Source of the DNA: Adineta vaga
Taxonomy: Eukaryota; Animalia; Rotifera
Length of the DNA stretch: 64,000 nucleotides
Assembly: GCA_021613535.1 (NCBI GenBank)
Contig: CP075497.1
Coordinates: 8,618,001 to 8,682,000, forward strand
Direction of reading: 5' to 3'
The notes under the pieces were generated by a model, which saw only the letters and a program-made list of their open reading frames with translations, had not been told where the DNA came from and searched no databases. Each line of letters starts with the position of its first letter. The first letter of the stretch is position 1. The translations under genes and the position numbers were made by a program. Of the stretch, positions 12,523 to 25,898 are shown in pieces.

Positions 12523-13696
12523 AGAAATCTATCACAGGTGAAACATGATTAATTCACTCGTTCTCGTTTCATAGCCCGGTTTGTATTTTTCTTTGTTTTT
12601 CTCTTGTAAATTTATATATATATATACATATTTTCTTTGTGTGTGTGTACGTGTGTTGTGTATTCTGTTGAAGAAAACAAAACTAAGACCAAAAAATGTT
12701 CATGATGTTTTTACTTCTTGTTGTTGTTATTGTTGTTTCTATGTGTGTATGTGTGTTTTTGGCTCAAGTATTTGAAAAGGACAGTGATACGCATTTTTAA
12801 TGTGCTGTCTCTTTCTTCTTTTTTTCCTATATGTTTTATGCGAACAAGCTGTCCCTTTCGAAAAACAAATAGTACGATTCAACACATCACACGTTCATTT
12901 TGTTGTTTTTTTTAGCGTTTTGCTTCATTGTTCACACCGGTCTTTTTTTCTTTCTTTGTCGCATTTTATTCGCGAAAAGCTATGCATCTCCTTTTCTTTT
13001 CATTTTTTTTCTCTCTGTTGTTCTATTTCCTTCTGTTGCTTCTGTTTTGGTTTGATGATGACGATGATGATGATTATTATGTATATGGTATGCATTCTAT
13101 AATCTGTTTCTCACTCATATGCGATCGATGAGTGTATGTTTTTGTGTGTGCTTGCCCGTTCGTTTTGATGAAGCTTGTACATTTGTACAGACAAAGAAAA
13201 ACAAACAAACATTAAAAAAAACGAATTTGATTTTTTTTGTGGCTATATTGCAGTCAATGAAACGCCATTGACAGCTGTTCACAGATGCTATAAATCAACA
13301 AAAGAGAAATGTCTATCGGCAATCATATCAACTGATTCGTACATTTCTAACGTTCTACATTTTTTCTTTTTCTTTTTTGAGACGAATCCAGAACAGAAAG
13401 AAAAAGGACGAACGATCGAGATAAAATGATGTTCTAGTCTCTGATTCATTCAATTGGAGTGCGTCGATGACGGAAAAAGTGAAGTCCTCTATTGATAAAA
13501 TCGAGTCCGCTGTAGATTTAAATCTGTTATCGATTAAATATCAATGTACCTATAATTTTAGAGGGGTACATCACAGATGTATATCGTCAGTCATCATTAT
13601 GAAATCAAACACATGTGATCAGTATTCAATCGATCGTATGATTATTTTTCTTATGACTCATAGAATTTGTTTGCCAAATGAACATGTATTTTGAAA

Positions 13697-14845
13697 CTAT
13701 AAAAAAAGTTCATTGTTACTCAACTGATCATTTTTACTTTCATTAAAACGCATTTCTGATTGTTCAACAATCTTTCTTAGTCTATTAGTCATCATATAGA
13801 ATGATGGAATACAAGTTTTGATTGGCATATTTGTTAGATTTCGATTTAAACGATGATTTTTATTGGAACCAGGAAAAAATGAAAGAATCATTTGAATTTG
13901 ATGATATGCATATGTTAACCATCGTTGTGTATCACTTAAAATCGGATACAAGAACGACGTTCTCATTGCTGTAAGACCACCAGAACGAATCGTTATATAT
14001 AATGTCAAAAGATCATATTTCACTGTTGTTAATGCAGCTGATATCGCATGATAGCGTAGCATTTCTCCTTTTAACTCTGTTTTCATTACATGATCTTCAA
14101 TATCATGAATTTTCTTCGCTAGATTACGAAGATTACATGCAAATATTCGTAAAATTTGCTTGAAATCTAATCAATATATTTCAGCTTTTTCTGTTCATTT
14201 TCTTTTTGATGAACCTACTTGGTGAGAATCGTACAATCCAAGTCGGATGATCTAATCGAGCTGTTTTGATATCATATAATGTGGATTTTGTCATAGCACT
14301 AGACAAGAGAAAGACGGTGTTTTTATTCTCTTGAAAACACCAACTTGAACAATTGTTATGTTTATTCAAACACTACTTATAATTTTACTCTTGCACAAAC
14401 ATTTATTTACGAGAACCTAATTTGAAAATCATGCTTTCTTGTTTCATGTCATTGATCAAACATGCCTTTCATCGTATTAAAATCTTTCTCTTGAGTAATT
14501 AAACTAATGTCATACATACTCTAATCGCAGAAAAGAATTTTCTTACCAAATCCGACGCATTCTTTCCCCGTAAGTGATAAAATCCGTATCCAAATTGATA
14601 TTATACAAAGATATACAATTTGGAGTCGTTGACAATGTTTTATGCGTTAAATTTTGATAATTTTTTATTGATACTCGAACAACATAATCAAGTACCAATG
14701 AATTCAAAGTAAATTCACATAAACTATTGGCATATTCAGTATATTCAGTAAGAATTGCAAGATCGAGATAACCATATGGATTATATCGATTCGGATGACA
14801 TCCAGTCATGATCGATTGTAAGAGTAAAAGAAAAAAAAGGACAAT
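13697..14845 (-). CDS. Unknown, possibly secreted helical protein; 3-4 exons (about 14845-14547, 14503-14411, 14343-14219, 14166-13697); start uncertain and exon 2 carries an in-frame TGA (possible pseudogene)
   Basis: In-phase GT-AG introns of 43, 67 and 52 nt link the three ORF-track fragments. A hydrophobic signal-like stretch IVLFFLLLLQSIMTGC begins the frame. TGA lies at 14451-14449. Confidence 0.6.
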
Positions 14846-17554
14846 TAAATCGATGTCGTGATGAGAAAACAAAGATGAAATATTTGAATTGATTAATAAT
14901 ACTACTATGGCAACATATCGATAGAATTTGTTTTGTATAAGAATACATTTTATTTCGCTTCATTGATTCGATAGTTTGTTGATAGAAGTAATACCATTGA
15001 ATTTTGTGTGAAGGTTATCAAGTTCAAAATAGAATTTTCTTACGTGCTATGACCGACAAGGATGCGTCAGAAATTTATTTATAACTGTCTGATGTTATCA
15101 TTGTTGATGTTTCTGTACGTTATATGGAACAAAAAAAGATGGATGAACTTGATGACAGAAACATGTATTATTGTTGTAAGTAGTAGTAAAAATAGCTGTT
15201 TATTCTCTGCCATCAACTGAGATAAAACAAAGATAGACAGTTAATCTGAATTGTTATTTGAATCAGCTTAATAAATACTGTCTACAATTAATTGATATAG
15301 TTTGTAGAGAAAAATTGAATTCGAATTGATGTTTTTGCATGACCTTGAAAGATTGTCAACTCGATTGAAACAGGATAGAAATCTTCAGTAATATTCTCCT
15401 ATTCGACTGAGTCTTATTGGTATAATCAATGCAACTGTTATGTCATTTTACTATTTAATTTTCCGATTCATTTATCTTTTTTAATGACAAATATGACTTC
15501 ATAGTTGATTATTCTAAAAAAATATTATTCTAATATTAATCAAGCAAGAAATTGCTATCTCCTCCTTCTTTTTCCAAGGATCAACAAGTCTTATACGTAC
15601 ATAGTAATGTACCCATTTTTTCGTATGTTTGCATTGCATATTTAATTACAGAGATGCGTCTATATCGAATCGAAAATACAATGCAAGATAAAGGTTTTTT
15701 TCTAGAAGTCATGCTGTTCATATTTGTCAATCACCATCATACAGACTGTTAACTAAGTATTGAAAGCACATTTTGAATCGGTTATAAGGAGAAAAAAAAT
15801 GAATGTCGCAGTTAAGTAAAATGAATATTGAGTAAATATGAAGAAACCATAATAGAATACTTTAGTCTTAGTCGATTTCCGTAAAGAATTGTTAAGATGT
15901 TATAAACAATTATATCATTGGAGTGTTTCAAGCTTTCTCAACGGTTTTTTTTAGAGTGTTTGACTTAAATAGTTTATATTATCAATGAATGAGAAAAACA
16001 TAGATTTCTACTATTTGTAAAATCTAAATTTAGAAAAACGTACACAAGTATATAGTTCTTTGAAAATTACAATCGAACGAAATTATTCCATATAAGTCGC
16101 GTATCAGACAATTTATGTGAAGATAAATTTCTATTGTGTTTGATTGTGGTTCATCATTGAAGATTTTGATGTAAAGTACATATAAAGTAATTGATTCTAT
16201 GGCAGACAATATCGAATAACAATAAAGAAAATACCATTTAATTTGAAAACAGCGAATAATAAAGTTTAGTTTATGAACATGTAGTATGAAAGATTTAAGA
16301 AAATCACGTCAATCTCGCCATCAGCAGTTCCAAAAACTATCACAATTCTCATTACGTTTTTCACTAAAGCTATGTTTTGAAATACTTCTAAAGAATCGGA
16401 AAATATCGTCATTGGACTTGTTGATGAAATAGTTTTGAGATTGTCAATAAAATAAAATTTTGTTTCATACTTTGCTTATCTTTCAGAATACAAGTAACGA
16501 TACGGAACAGCACAATCGCTAGCAAACGTTTCTTCTAAATAATACCACAACAACTCCAGGTAAGTATTGGCGTCAGAGTTAAAGCAGTATCTTTGTTCAA
16601 AAAGGAAATGAATTAAGTACTCTTCTTCTCTATAGATGTATTCCCAAGGTCAAAAACAAAACAAATTGAAGTAAAAATTGGTTAGTTATTCTCTTAGTCA
16701 AATCTCTTATCTTATTTATCTATTGATCAAAAGAATGCTTTTTCGTATTTGAACTTACAGTTTCTTTGTCACCATTCGTACTCAATACGTATAGTAATTG
16801 AAAAAGTTTTCTTTCAGTAAACTTCTTCTCTACTTCTTTTCGTTATAGCAAATAGATAGATATTTCCTTAGATGCATCTACTTTCTTGATGATAGTCAAC
16901 CAACTGCTATCATCATTACCTTCTCCTTCATTATTGACTCCTTTTGAAAATTTCTATTGTTTGTTTGTTTAACCATATAAACTTTTGTCACAACGTCTCT
17001 TGAGAATTATCCTTTTTCTACTCATCTGTCATGAAACCAAGTATAGATTATATGAAGTGATTTAGAATTAGTGATGATTCCATGCGTTGAAAAACAATCT
17101 AGAATTATTGATTGAACGTCAAAGATTGTTCGATTTCTCATTACAATGAATGAACAAAGACGAGAACCAAAACAATAAGAAAATTTCCATGCGAAGAGTA
17201 GATTCATAACAGTATCGTATCATAATATTTCAATTCGAATATTACCTATCGACATGTACTTGAATAATATGCAGCAACTCATAGAAGATATGATTAGAAA
17301 AGATTCATCATTCAGATTGAGAACGATCGTAACATTCATTGAGATGCTTCTCTTGTCAAGAGATTGATAGATAGTCTTTTGTTTTTGAAATAGTTAATAT
17401 TCAACAATGAAAAAAAAACGTTTTTATTTACAAAGCATTTAAATTAATATCTGATTTCTTTTACAAACTAAAAATAAGCCCTGAGAACGAAGAAAAAAGA
17501 CAACTACTTATTAAAAAATCGATCAAAAAGAAAAACAAAAGAATTAGTATATTG

Positions 17555-18550
17555 TTATTCAGATGCAACAATCGACAATGATTTAATCGTCGCAAGTTTA
17601 GCATTAATTTCATCTAATGTACTTGTACTATCTGTTGCAATATCCATTTGACCAATTAAATTACGATAAGCAATTTCTAATTGATCACAATAATGAGCCT
17701 AAAGAATGTAATAGATTCCATTGAATTGTTTTTTATTTCTTCTTATAAATCAAAACTTACCTGAGCTTCAATAAATGCTTCTAAACATGGATAAACAAAA
17801 GCAGCACGTTGTTCATGTAAAATAGGTAATTCATTATTTAGAATTTGATTTTTCAATTCATATTGTTGTTTAGCTTCATTCAATTGTTTTTGTATTTGTT
17901 CTAATTTTGTATTATTTGTTGCATTCATTGTCGCTCCCAAAGATGTTGTTGATGAACCTAATTTTTCATTGAATTTATCTAATTTATTTTGAATTTTAAT
18001 GTATTCATTTAAGCTTTGTTCACGTTTTTTAATTGCATTTGTTACATTTGCTAGTGCTAATGTTAAACGTTTTGATGAATCAATAATTGTTTTCGAAGTT
18101 ATTTCATTCAATAGATTGGTTTGTTCAGATATATGTTGTGCTGTGATTTTCCAATCATTAATCAATTGAGATATATTGGTGGATAAATTTGTTGAGATTT
18201 GTTGTTGATCATAATGATTTATAAATGAACTACCTGATAGATCATGTAATAGTTTTAATTGACCACGAGCAAAATCATCAAACGATTTATCTTGTTTTAT
18301 CAGATCACGTGTTAAAGATTTAGCATTATCTTCAAGAGATTCTAAACGACGAGTTTCACGATCGAAATCTCGAGTAGTCTGAAACAAAACAAAAAAAAAA
18401 TTAAATGAAAAAAAGAAAAGTCAAAAGTTAATGAACATACAATTAAACCAATACTCTTTCGTGAAGTTGTATTTCGAGTAAATGGATTCCTGAAAATATT
18501 CAATATAAGAATTAAGTAATTACAATCATTTATTCTTACCAACTACTCAT
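17555..18550 (-). CDS. BIN3: Bridging integrator 3 (BAR-domain protein), 4 exons
   Basis: N-terminus MSSW|NPF...GLI|TTRDFDRETRRLESLED and C-terminus ...FVYPCLEAFIEAQ|AHYC...NAKLATIKSLSIVASE* match BIN3/Hob3 termini. The protein is BAR-only, with no SH3. Confidence 0.85.
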
Positions 18551-19028
18551 TGATTTAAAATAATTAATTATACAATGTCTGTAAAAATCTATGATAGAAA
18601 AAGAAAGTAAGATATCTGCTTTTCATCTTAAATTTTTTCGTTTCGTCTTTTTGTTTTTTATGTATCAAAATAAATATAAGAAACATCCACAGACACATAC
18701 ACACAAACATATACATTATAAATAGAAGAAGTGACAAAGAGGAATAGTTCGTTTTTCGAAAATCGAACCGTATAAATAAATAATCGAGATCGAAACATAT
18801 ATGAAACTAAAATTGACATACAACACCAACAACAACAACAACATCTCGGTTGATAAAAGAGGAAAAAACGGAAAAAAAGACATATGCATATATTAAAATT
18901 GAGTATGGAATGATAAATAATATGAAAAAGAATTGAAATCGTTTTTCTATTGCTCAATTATTAAAGATTAAAATCAACTAAAGGAAAGAAAAATCAACAG
19001 AAAAGATTTGCTTGTTTGTTCACTGTTT

Positions 19029-22000
19029 CTAATCAAATTGTGTAATTTGTCGAACACTTATTGTTCCATCAGCACCGGATGAAAATAAATGACGACTCGT
19101 TGTTAATTGCAAATGATTCACGCCACTAATTTGTGAAGAAAGAAATCCTCGACGAAAATGTTCACCATAAAAACAATGAATCATCTCGCAACCATGTAAA
19201 CGCCAAATCTATACAAATGAAATTTGATTTCAAGAAAAGAAAGAGAACAGTGTTTTACTTTGATATTTCCTTTGTTTGAACCAGTAACATAAAATTTTTC
19301 TAATGGATCTAAACAAAGAGTTTTCATATGTGTATCATGTGCTTGACTTGTTGCTAAACGTTTTCTTTGTCGTAAATCAAATATACATATATCTCCTTGT
19401 TTACCACCTGATAATAATAATTGATACGATGGAGAATATGCTAAACATTGTGCACCATTTGTTTCATGACAAGTAAATGCTTAAAAAAAGAAAGAAGAAA
19501 GTTAATTCCATAACAGAGAAGAAATTCATTTCATACATGTTACGTTCGCACGTGCTGGAGGCATTAACGTATCCCAAAGTGCAACATTTTGTTGATCAGT
19601 TGATAATCCACATGTGGCAAGTAATGTTGATGAATCAAGAAAAACAAAATCATTAGTCGTTTTCGAATGAGTTAATAAACGCTAATGAAACAAAAGAATG
19701 TTCATTTTTCTCGATAAAAAACAAAGTTAATTTACTGTATAAGCTGTTGAACGATTGTTAGAAAGCACATGTAATGATAGATTACCTTCAATATCTGCTA
19801 CACCAAACTAGAATTGAAAAGAAAGAACGAATTATTTACGAAGCAACGATTGAATGATAAATAATACCTTATTTCCTTCATTGCTTAATTCGATTTTAGT
19901 AACACGTTTGTTTGCTTCGCGAACTTGTCGAGGTGGAGAATCTTGAGACCAGTTCATTAAGTAAACACTACCGTCAGAACATCCAGTTAAATCTATTAGA
20001 AATAAAACAAATGTATGAAATATAAAGAAAATATCAGAAGTAAATAAATATATTTACAATGAGGTAAAATTGGATGATTAGCAAATTTTCGACTTTCTTT
20101 TATCGCATGTCGATTGATCTATAACAATTTAACAATTATTCGTATCAAAACAAGAAAAATTCCATACAAGAACATGTTGATTATCAGTATTTGTTGTATT
20201 TCCATTAGTAGTTGCAGTATTTGTTTGAGCTAAATACATATTTGGAACATAAACACCCATTGTTGGCATTCGAAGTGATGGAATTCGATTTGATGACGTA
20301 TCACGATTGAGCATTCTATAAATATGAATTGATTTCACATGATTAATTAATCAATCAGAAATTAAGATAATAGACAATAACTTACGTTGATGTTTGCGGA
20401 GGTAATGATGGAGATAATTCATTTTCATCGTCTGATAATTCATATGGTTCATTTGGTAATGTTATACTTGAGATATCTAATTCGATTATTTCACGAGATA
20501 AACCAGCTGCTAATAATGTTGGATTCATCTATTGAAAAACAAATAGTTATAAGATATTGTTTGATTGTCATTCTATTTCTTCTTAACTTACACTATTAAG
20601 ACAAAATGAATAGATGGATTCTGGATCTCGATAAATAATCTTTGAATTCGATGCAGTTGCTGTTGCCGTAAGTTCTGATAAATTCTCCATTGCTGTTCGA
20701 CTTTCCGACTAAAAGTAAAGAGAAAAAATAGTATTAAAAATGAAAAGAATCGATTTTATCAAATATCAATCAGCAGCAATTTAACAATCGATTAAACTCA
20801 CAATAATCGGTTGTAAAGAAACCGAACGTTTCAAACGTTGAGTTTTCGAATGTTTAGAAAGAATAGGCTTGAAAAATAAATTTCATATTAATATAAATAT
20901 ATTTCTTATTCTTCTTTAACTCGCATGAAAATAGAGGAAAATTATTTACTTTTTCCATAAATGTTTTCACCGGTGAAATTGTTGGTGTAGTTGCTTTTCG
21001 TTTAAATATATATTTAATAAATATTCCTTGCGATTGTTCATCATTGACTAGATATGTCCAAAGACGTTTTGCTGCTAATGCTGATGGCGATTTTCTAAAG
21101 AAAATCATTGGTTTCAATGTAGAATAAAAATAAAGATCTCTTACGAAAATGGAGTATTGTTTGCATCGAGTATTGTTCGATATCGATGAATGGGTAGACC
21201 AGTCATTTGTTCATCGATTGTATTAATACCACTCAGTGGTAGATAATTATCTGGTGGAAGGTTGAAGCTTTCTAAAGTACGTCGAAGTGAATCTTGCCAA
21301 ATATTAAGATTTTGTAAGAATTGTTGAATTAACGGTGAAACGCTTGGAATTTCTAAATATTTAATTAAAAATAATAAGAAAACGAAAGATATCAAGATGA
21401 TATTTACCTTGTTTTTCAATACCAATATGAGGAAAGAATGACCATAGACGTTTATATACAAGTCGAACAATAACATATCGCATTAGGACCCATGAATAAG
21501 ACATAGAATCGGTATGTTCACGTTCTTGAATTTTACTAAAATATGAAAATAATAATCAAATTCAATATAGTTTGTTCAAATGAATACAATAGAACATATT
21601 CTGCTTTATGAACATCTGAACAAATAGTTATATCGATAGGTTTTGTTCAATTCTAGATTAGTACTAAAAAATCTTCTCTCTCTCTCTCATCAAGTTTTGA
21701 TTTTTATACTTTCTCAGAATATGAATCGACATTTTTCAAGAGAAATTATCCTACCGTTGTTTCTGTTTTGTTGTTAATTCATCATCACTTTTTGTTGAAT
21801 TAAAAATATCTTCATCTTCATCGTCATTATTATCATCATCCGCGTCACTTATATCTCCATCATTATCATCTGAATTTTGTCCTCTATCCGACGAAACCTA
21901 AATAATTAAACGACTGTCAATTTCATTTCTTTCATTTCATAAATCTATTACTTTGGCCATGAAATAGTTAACAATACTAGCTCGTGGTGGAATAAAGACT

Positions 22001-25000
22001 TCTACATAGGATGGTTGCTGTTGCTGCTGCTGTTGTTGTTGATTGTTTGGCATTATAATCTTTTTTGCCAGTGTAGTGGCCGATGTACGCCGACCGGCTG
22101 CTGTGTTTGCTGCTGATGCACCAGACATTTCAATGTTTGAATCAGCTAAAAAGATTAAAAACACATGGAAATTTTCGTTTTCAAACTATCATGAATATAT
22201 GTACGTGATGTTGATAGAGCAGCAGTTTGTGGAATTGGTCTTGGTTTTTTTGCACCTCCACCAAAGATACCATACCATAATTTAACAGCTAATTCAGGTG
22301 TTGACCATTTACGTACTAATAATCGATATAATGTATTGCAATCATCCGTTGACAAAGCATAGATTAATAATGACATATAAACAGCAATAAGAATTTCGAC
22401 GAGAAGAATTTTTAATTTTGTTAAATTATTTTCTTGATCTTTAATTAGACTTGTAAAGATTTTAATTCCTAATTAAATGAAAAAAAAAGAATTGAATAGA
22501 ATTTAGATTCATTTCACGAATAATTACCTGGCCAATCTTTTGGTGCTGTTGTTGGCGCTTCTCGTTCTATTAATTCCGTAACACTTTTACGTCTATGTAA
22601 TCGAATTGATTCTCTTCGATATAAATACGATCTAAAAACGCAATATTTTCGTTAATGAAATATTCTATTCATTCAATTAAATAATCATTTACTTTAAGAA
22701 TGCTTCTACTGCAATACGTTCAGTTGTTTGATTTTCATTCGTATGACAAAGTGATTGATAAACACAGCTAGCTAATGCAATTGATAAATCTCTTACTGCA
22801 ACAATTTGTACACTATGTTCTGTTATTTTCGGTAATGTTAACCATGTATTCATTGTACGTAATAAATCTTGACTTAAATCACGTAAATAACTAATAGCAT
22901 TGTTACTAACACTTAATGTTCCCGATAGATTTGCAATTAATAATGGAACTTGTGTAGGAAATGGTATAGGATATTTTAATTGTGTACGACGATCACGATA
23001 TAATTCATGCATGAGTAATAATAATTCCATACGAACAGATGCTAAACCACCACCATGCATACCATGAAGACTTGTAAATGAAACTAATGTACGAAGAAGA
23101 TGTTCATTGGATTTTAACCAACGACGACGACGTAATAAACGTTTCATTTTTGTTTCAAATGTACTTGTACGAACGTATGATAACGATGGAGATTCAACAC
23201 TAGAAAATGTATTGGATGGTAAGTTTGGATCATCGTTAATATCTGATAAGATTGGTGCATCAAAATCTAAACAACAATAACAAATGATGAATTCATTAAA
23301 ATAATCTTCGACGATTCCATGAAATCAACTCACTGTTATTATCATCTTCAGTATCACCATTACTAGATGTATTTAAATTGCATAATTGACGAATGACACC
23401 GATTTCTTGTTCAAGCCAACATGCTAGATGATGCCTAAATATCAAACATAATAAAATAGTTATATTTCGCATAAATTTAATAATAACCATAAAAAATCTT
23501 TTTACCTAAGTTGACCACCAGCAACTTCAAATCCTGTTGCTAACGTTGCCATTTCTTCTACAATAATTTTTAAACAACAAATTAATTTCATATATTGTCC
23601 TATAGTATCAAATTGTTGTTTAATAGATTTATTTTCGATTGGATCTGTTGCTTTTTTAATTGGTTCTTCGACTTTTACTTCTTCTTCTTCTTCTTCTTTT
23701 TCATCGTCACTCCATTCAAGTTGCAATTCATCATCTCCGACTTTATTCGATACTGGTTGACTCCAATCAAAATTGTCTACAGTCTGTTGTTTGATTTGAG
23801 GTTCAGCTTCGACAGGTGTTTTAATCTCATTAGTTAAAATAATATTCGCCGGTAGTTTTGCGAGAATTTCTAATGCTAATAGAGGACAACCAATTTTTAA
23901 ATAATAATAAGCTGTTTGAAAATGAACTCGACGTTCAATGGAAAAATTATTTGTATTTTCATTTGAATTCTCATTTGATAATTGTTTAGCACGTAATACA
24001 AGTGGATGTTGTTTTAAATAGTCATAAAAAATAAAAATGGATTGTTGTTGATCAAAACTATCATTATGAAGTAAAGTACTTAATGAATGTTCATAATCTT
24101 TCAATAGCCAAGAAGCCATACTACGATAGAATGGATCGGAATGTGGTTTTTTAAGAATTTCTCGATTAAGAATATTCTCAACTAAATTCTGTTCATCACC
24201 TTCATAGAGACGAGCAATTAATAATGCTAATTGAATATCATTTAGATTATTAATAATAACTTCAATGGCATCACGAGTCTTTCCAGCAAGAAGAAAAAAT
24301 GCAGCAGCATGTTCAAAACGTTGTTTACCCAATAGTGCAAATGCATTCTTTTGTGCAGCTTTTAACCATCGATCTTGTGTAAAATCATTTTTGAAAAAAT
24401 CTTGCATTTTAGTATCTTGTACATGTCTTTAAATGAACAGAAGATTTTATTTTCAATGAACAAAAGTTAATCATAATACTTACTTATATAAAGTATAGAG
24501 TAGAGTTTTCTTTTTTAGTGCTAGAAAATATAAAGCGCTATCAAGTGGATCATTGTTCGTTTCAAATGCAGCTTTACCAAGCTAAAATTAGAAAAACAAG
24601 AATTTCGATTGAATTCATTTTCACGAATGATTTTTAAAAGACATAAAATACTCCTCATCATTTATCGTTGCTCTTCTTACCTTTTCAAACAATCTTGCGA
24701 TAACACTTTTATTCCGAACCCACCATCCAACTCCGAATAATTGTAATTCGCTCCATACAGGTTTATTTTTTACCATACATGGAAGCATACCAAGTAAATC
24801 TTCTTGTAAATCTGAATGAAATGCCCATGCAAAGGATGCACTTGTTATAATATGATTTAATGCTGAATTTCCATGTGTATTTGGTGATGCAACGATTCGT
24901 GAGAGATAAATATAACGTTGAACATCGATTAAAAATCTCAGACCACAATCATCCATAGTATCTAATACAGATATGAAATTCCAAAACAAACTATTGAAGA

Positions 25001-25858
25001 TAAATTTTCTTACTTGATGGTTTATCGCCTGAATAAGTTTGATTAGAAAGTGAATCGTTACTTGCGTTAGATAATGTATCAGCTAGAGCAAGTAAATACA
25101 TTTGTTCGAGACTTGTTAAATTTGATAAACGAACACGTTGAAAATAATCAACAAGTAAATCAACCATTCGAGAATCGAATTTTGGTGACCAATTTCGATT
25201 GGATAATAATTCTTTTCGAAATTTATTTAATTCCACTAACAAATAAAAGAAAATGAAAATAATATCACATGAAAGAATTTCTCTCTAATGTTTACCTTGT
25301 TTCTTTCGTTCGACATCTTGTACAAGATCTTCATCAATTTTAAAATCAACTTCTCGATTAGTATCTAATTGTGATGCAAATAAATCTTCATATTTATCAC
25401 CTCCATTCATATCTTCATCATTTCCATTTATATTTTTATTCTCCGTTGATTTACCATGATCATTAGTCGTTATTATTTCATGATCAGCATCAAATAAAGC
25501 AAATAATGGTAATAATGGTATAGTTTCTATTTCGACATATTTCATATTGTCAACTTCAGCTATAGATGGTTCATTATCATCATTGTTTGCAATTGAAAAT
25601 GTTCGACTGCGCATTAATTTCATTTCTACTTTACCTTCAACACTATGTACGGTACTAACAATACAACGTGTTAAATGAGCAAGAATAGCTTTAACACGAC
25701 GATATTTGCCGAAACGAACTAATTCTAATAGTAATGTTGGATGATATTGAGGTAATACAGGTGCAGCATTACGAGCAACATGAAATAAACTGATTGAGTC
25801 AATTGAATCTAATGTTAACCAAGATGCTTGTGGTTCCGTATTTGTATTCGTTGCATCA

Positions 25859-25898
<40 letters not shown>

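Noticed and set aside
12581-13694. Cluster of short + strand ORFs
   Set aside because: They lie in the TG/T-rich TFAP4 3'UTR and spacer; they are compositional artefacts.
13480-13696. SECIS element for the TGA at 14449
   Set aside because: ATGA...GA pairs exist, but none encloses a proper 10-12 bp helix with an AA loop by eye.
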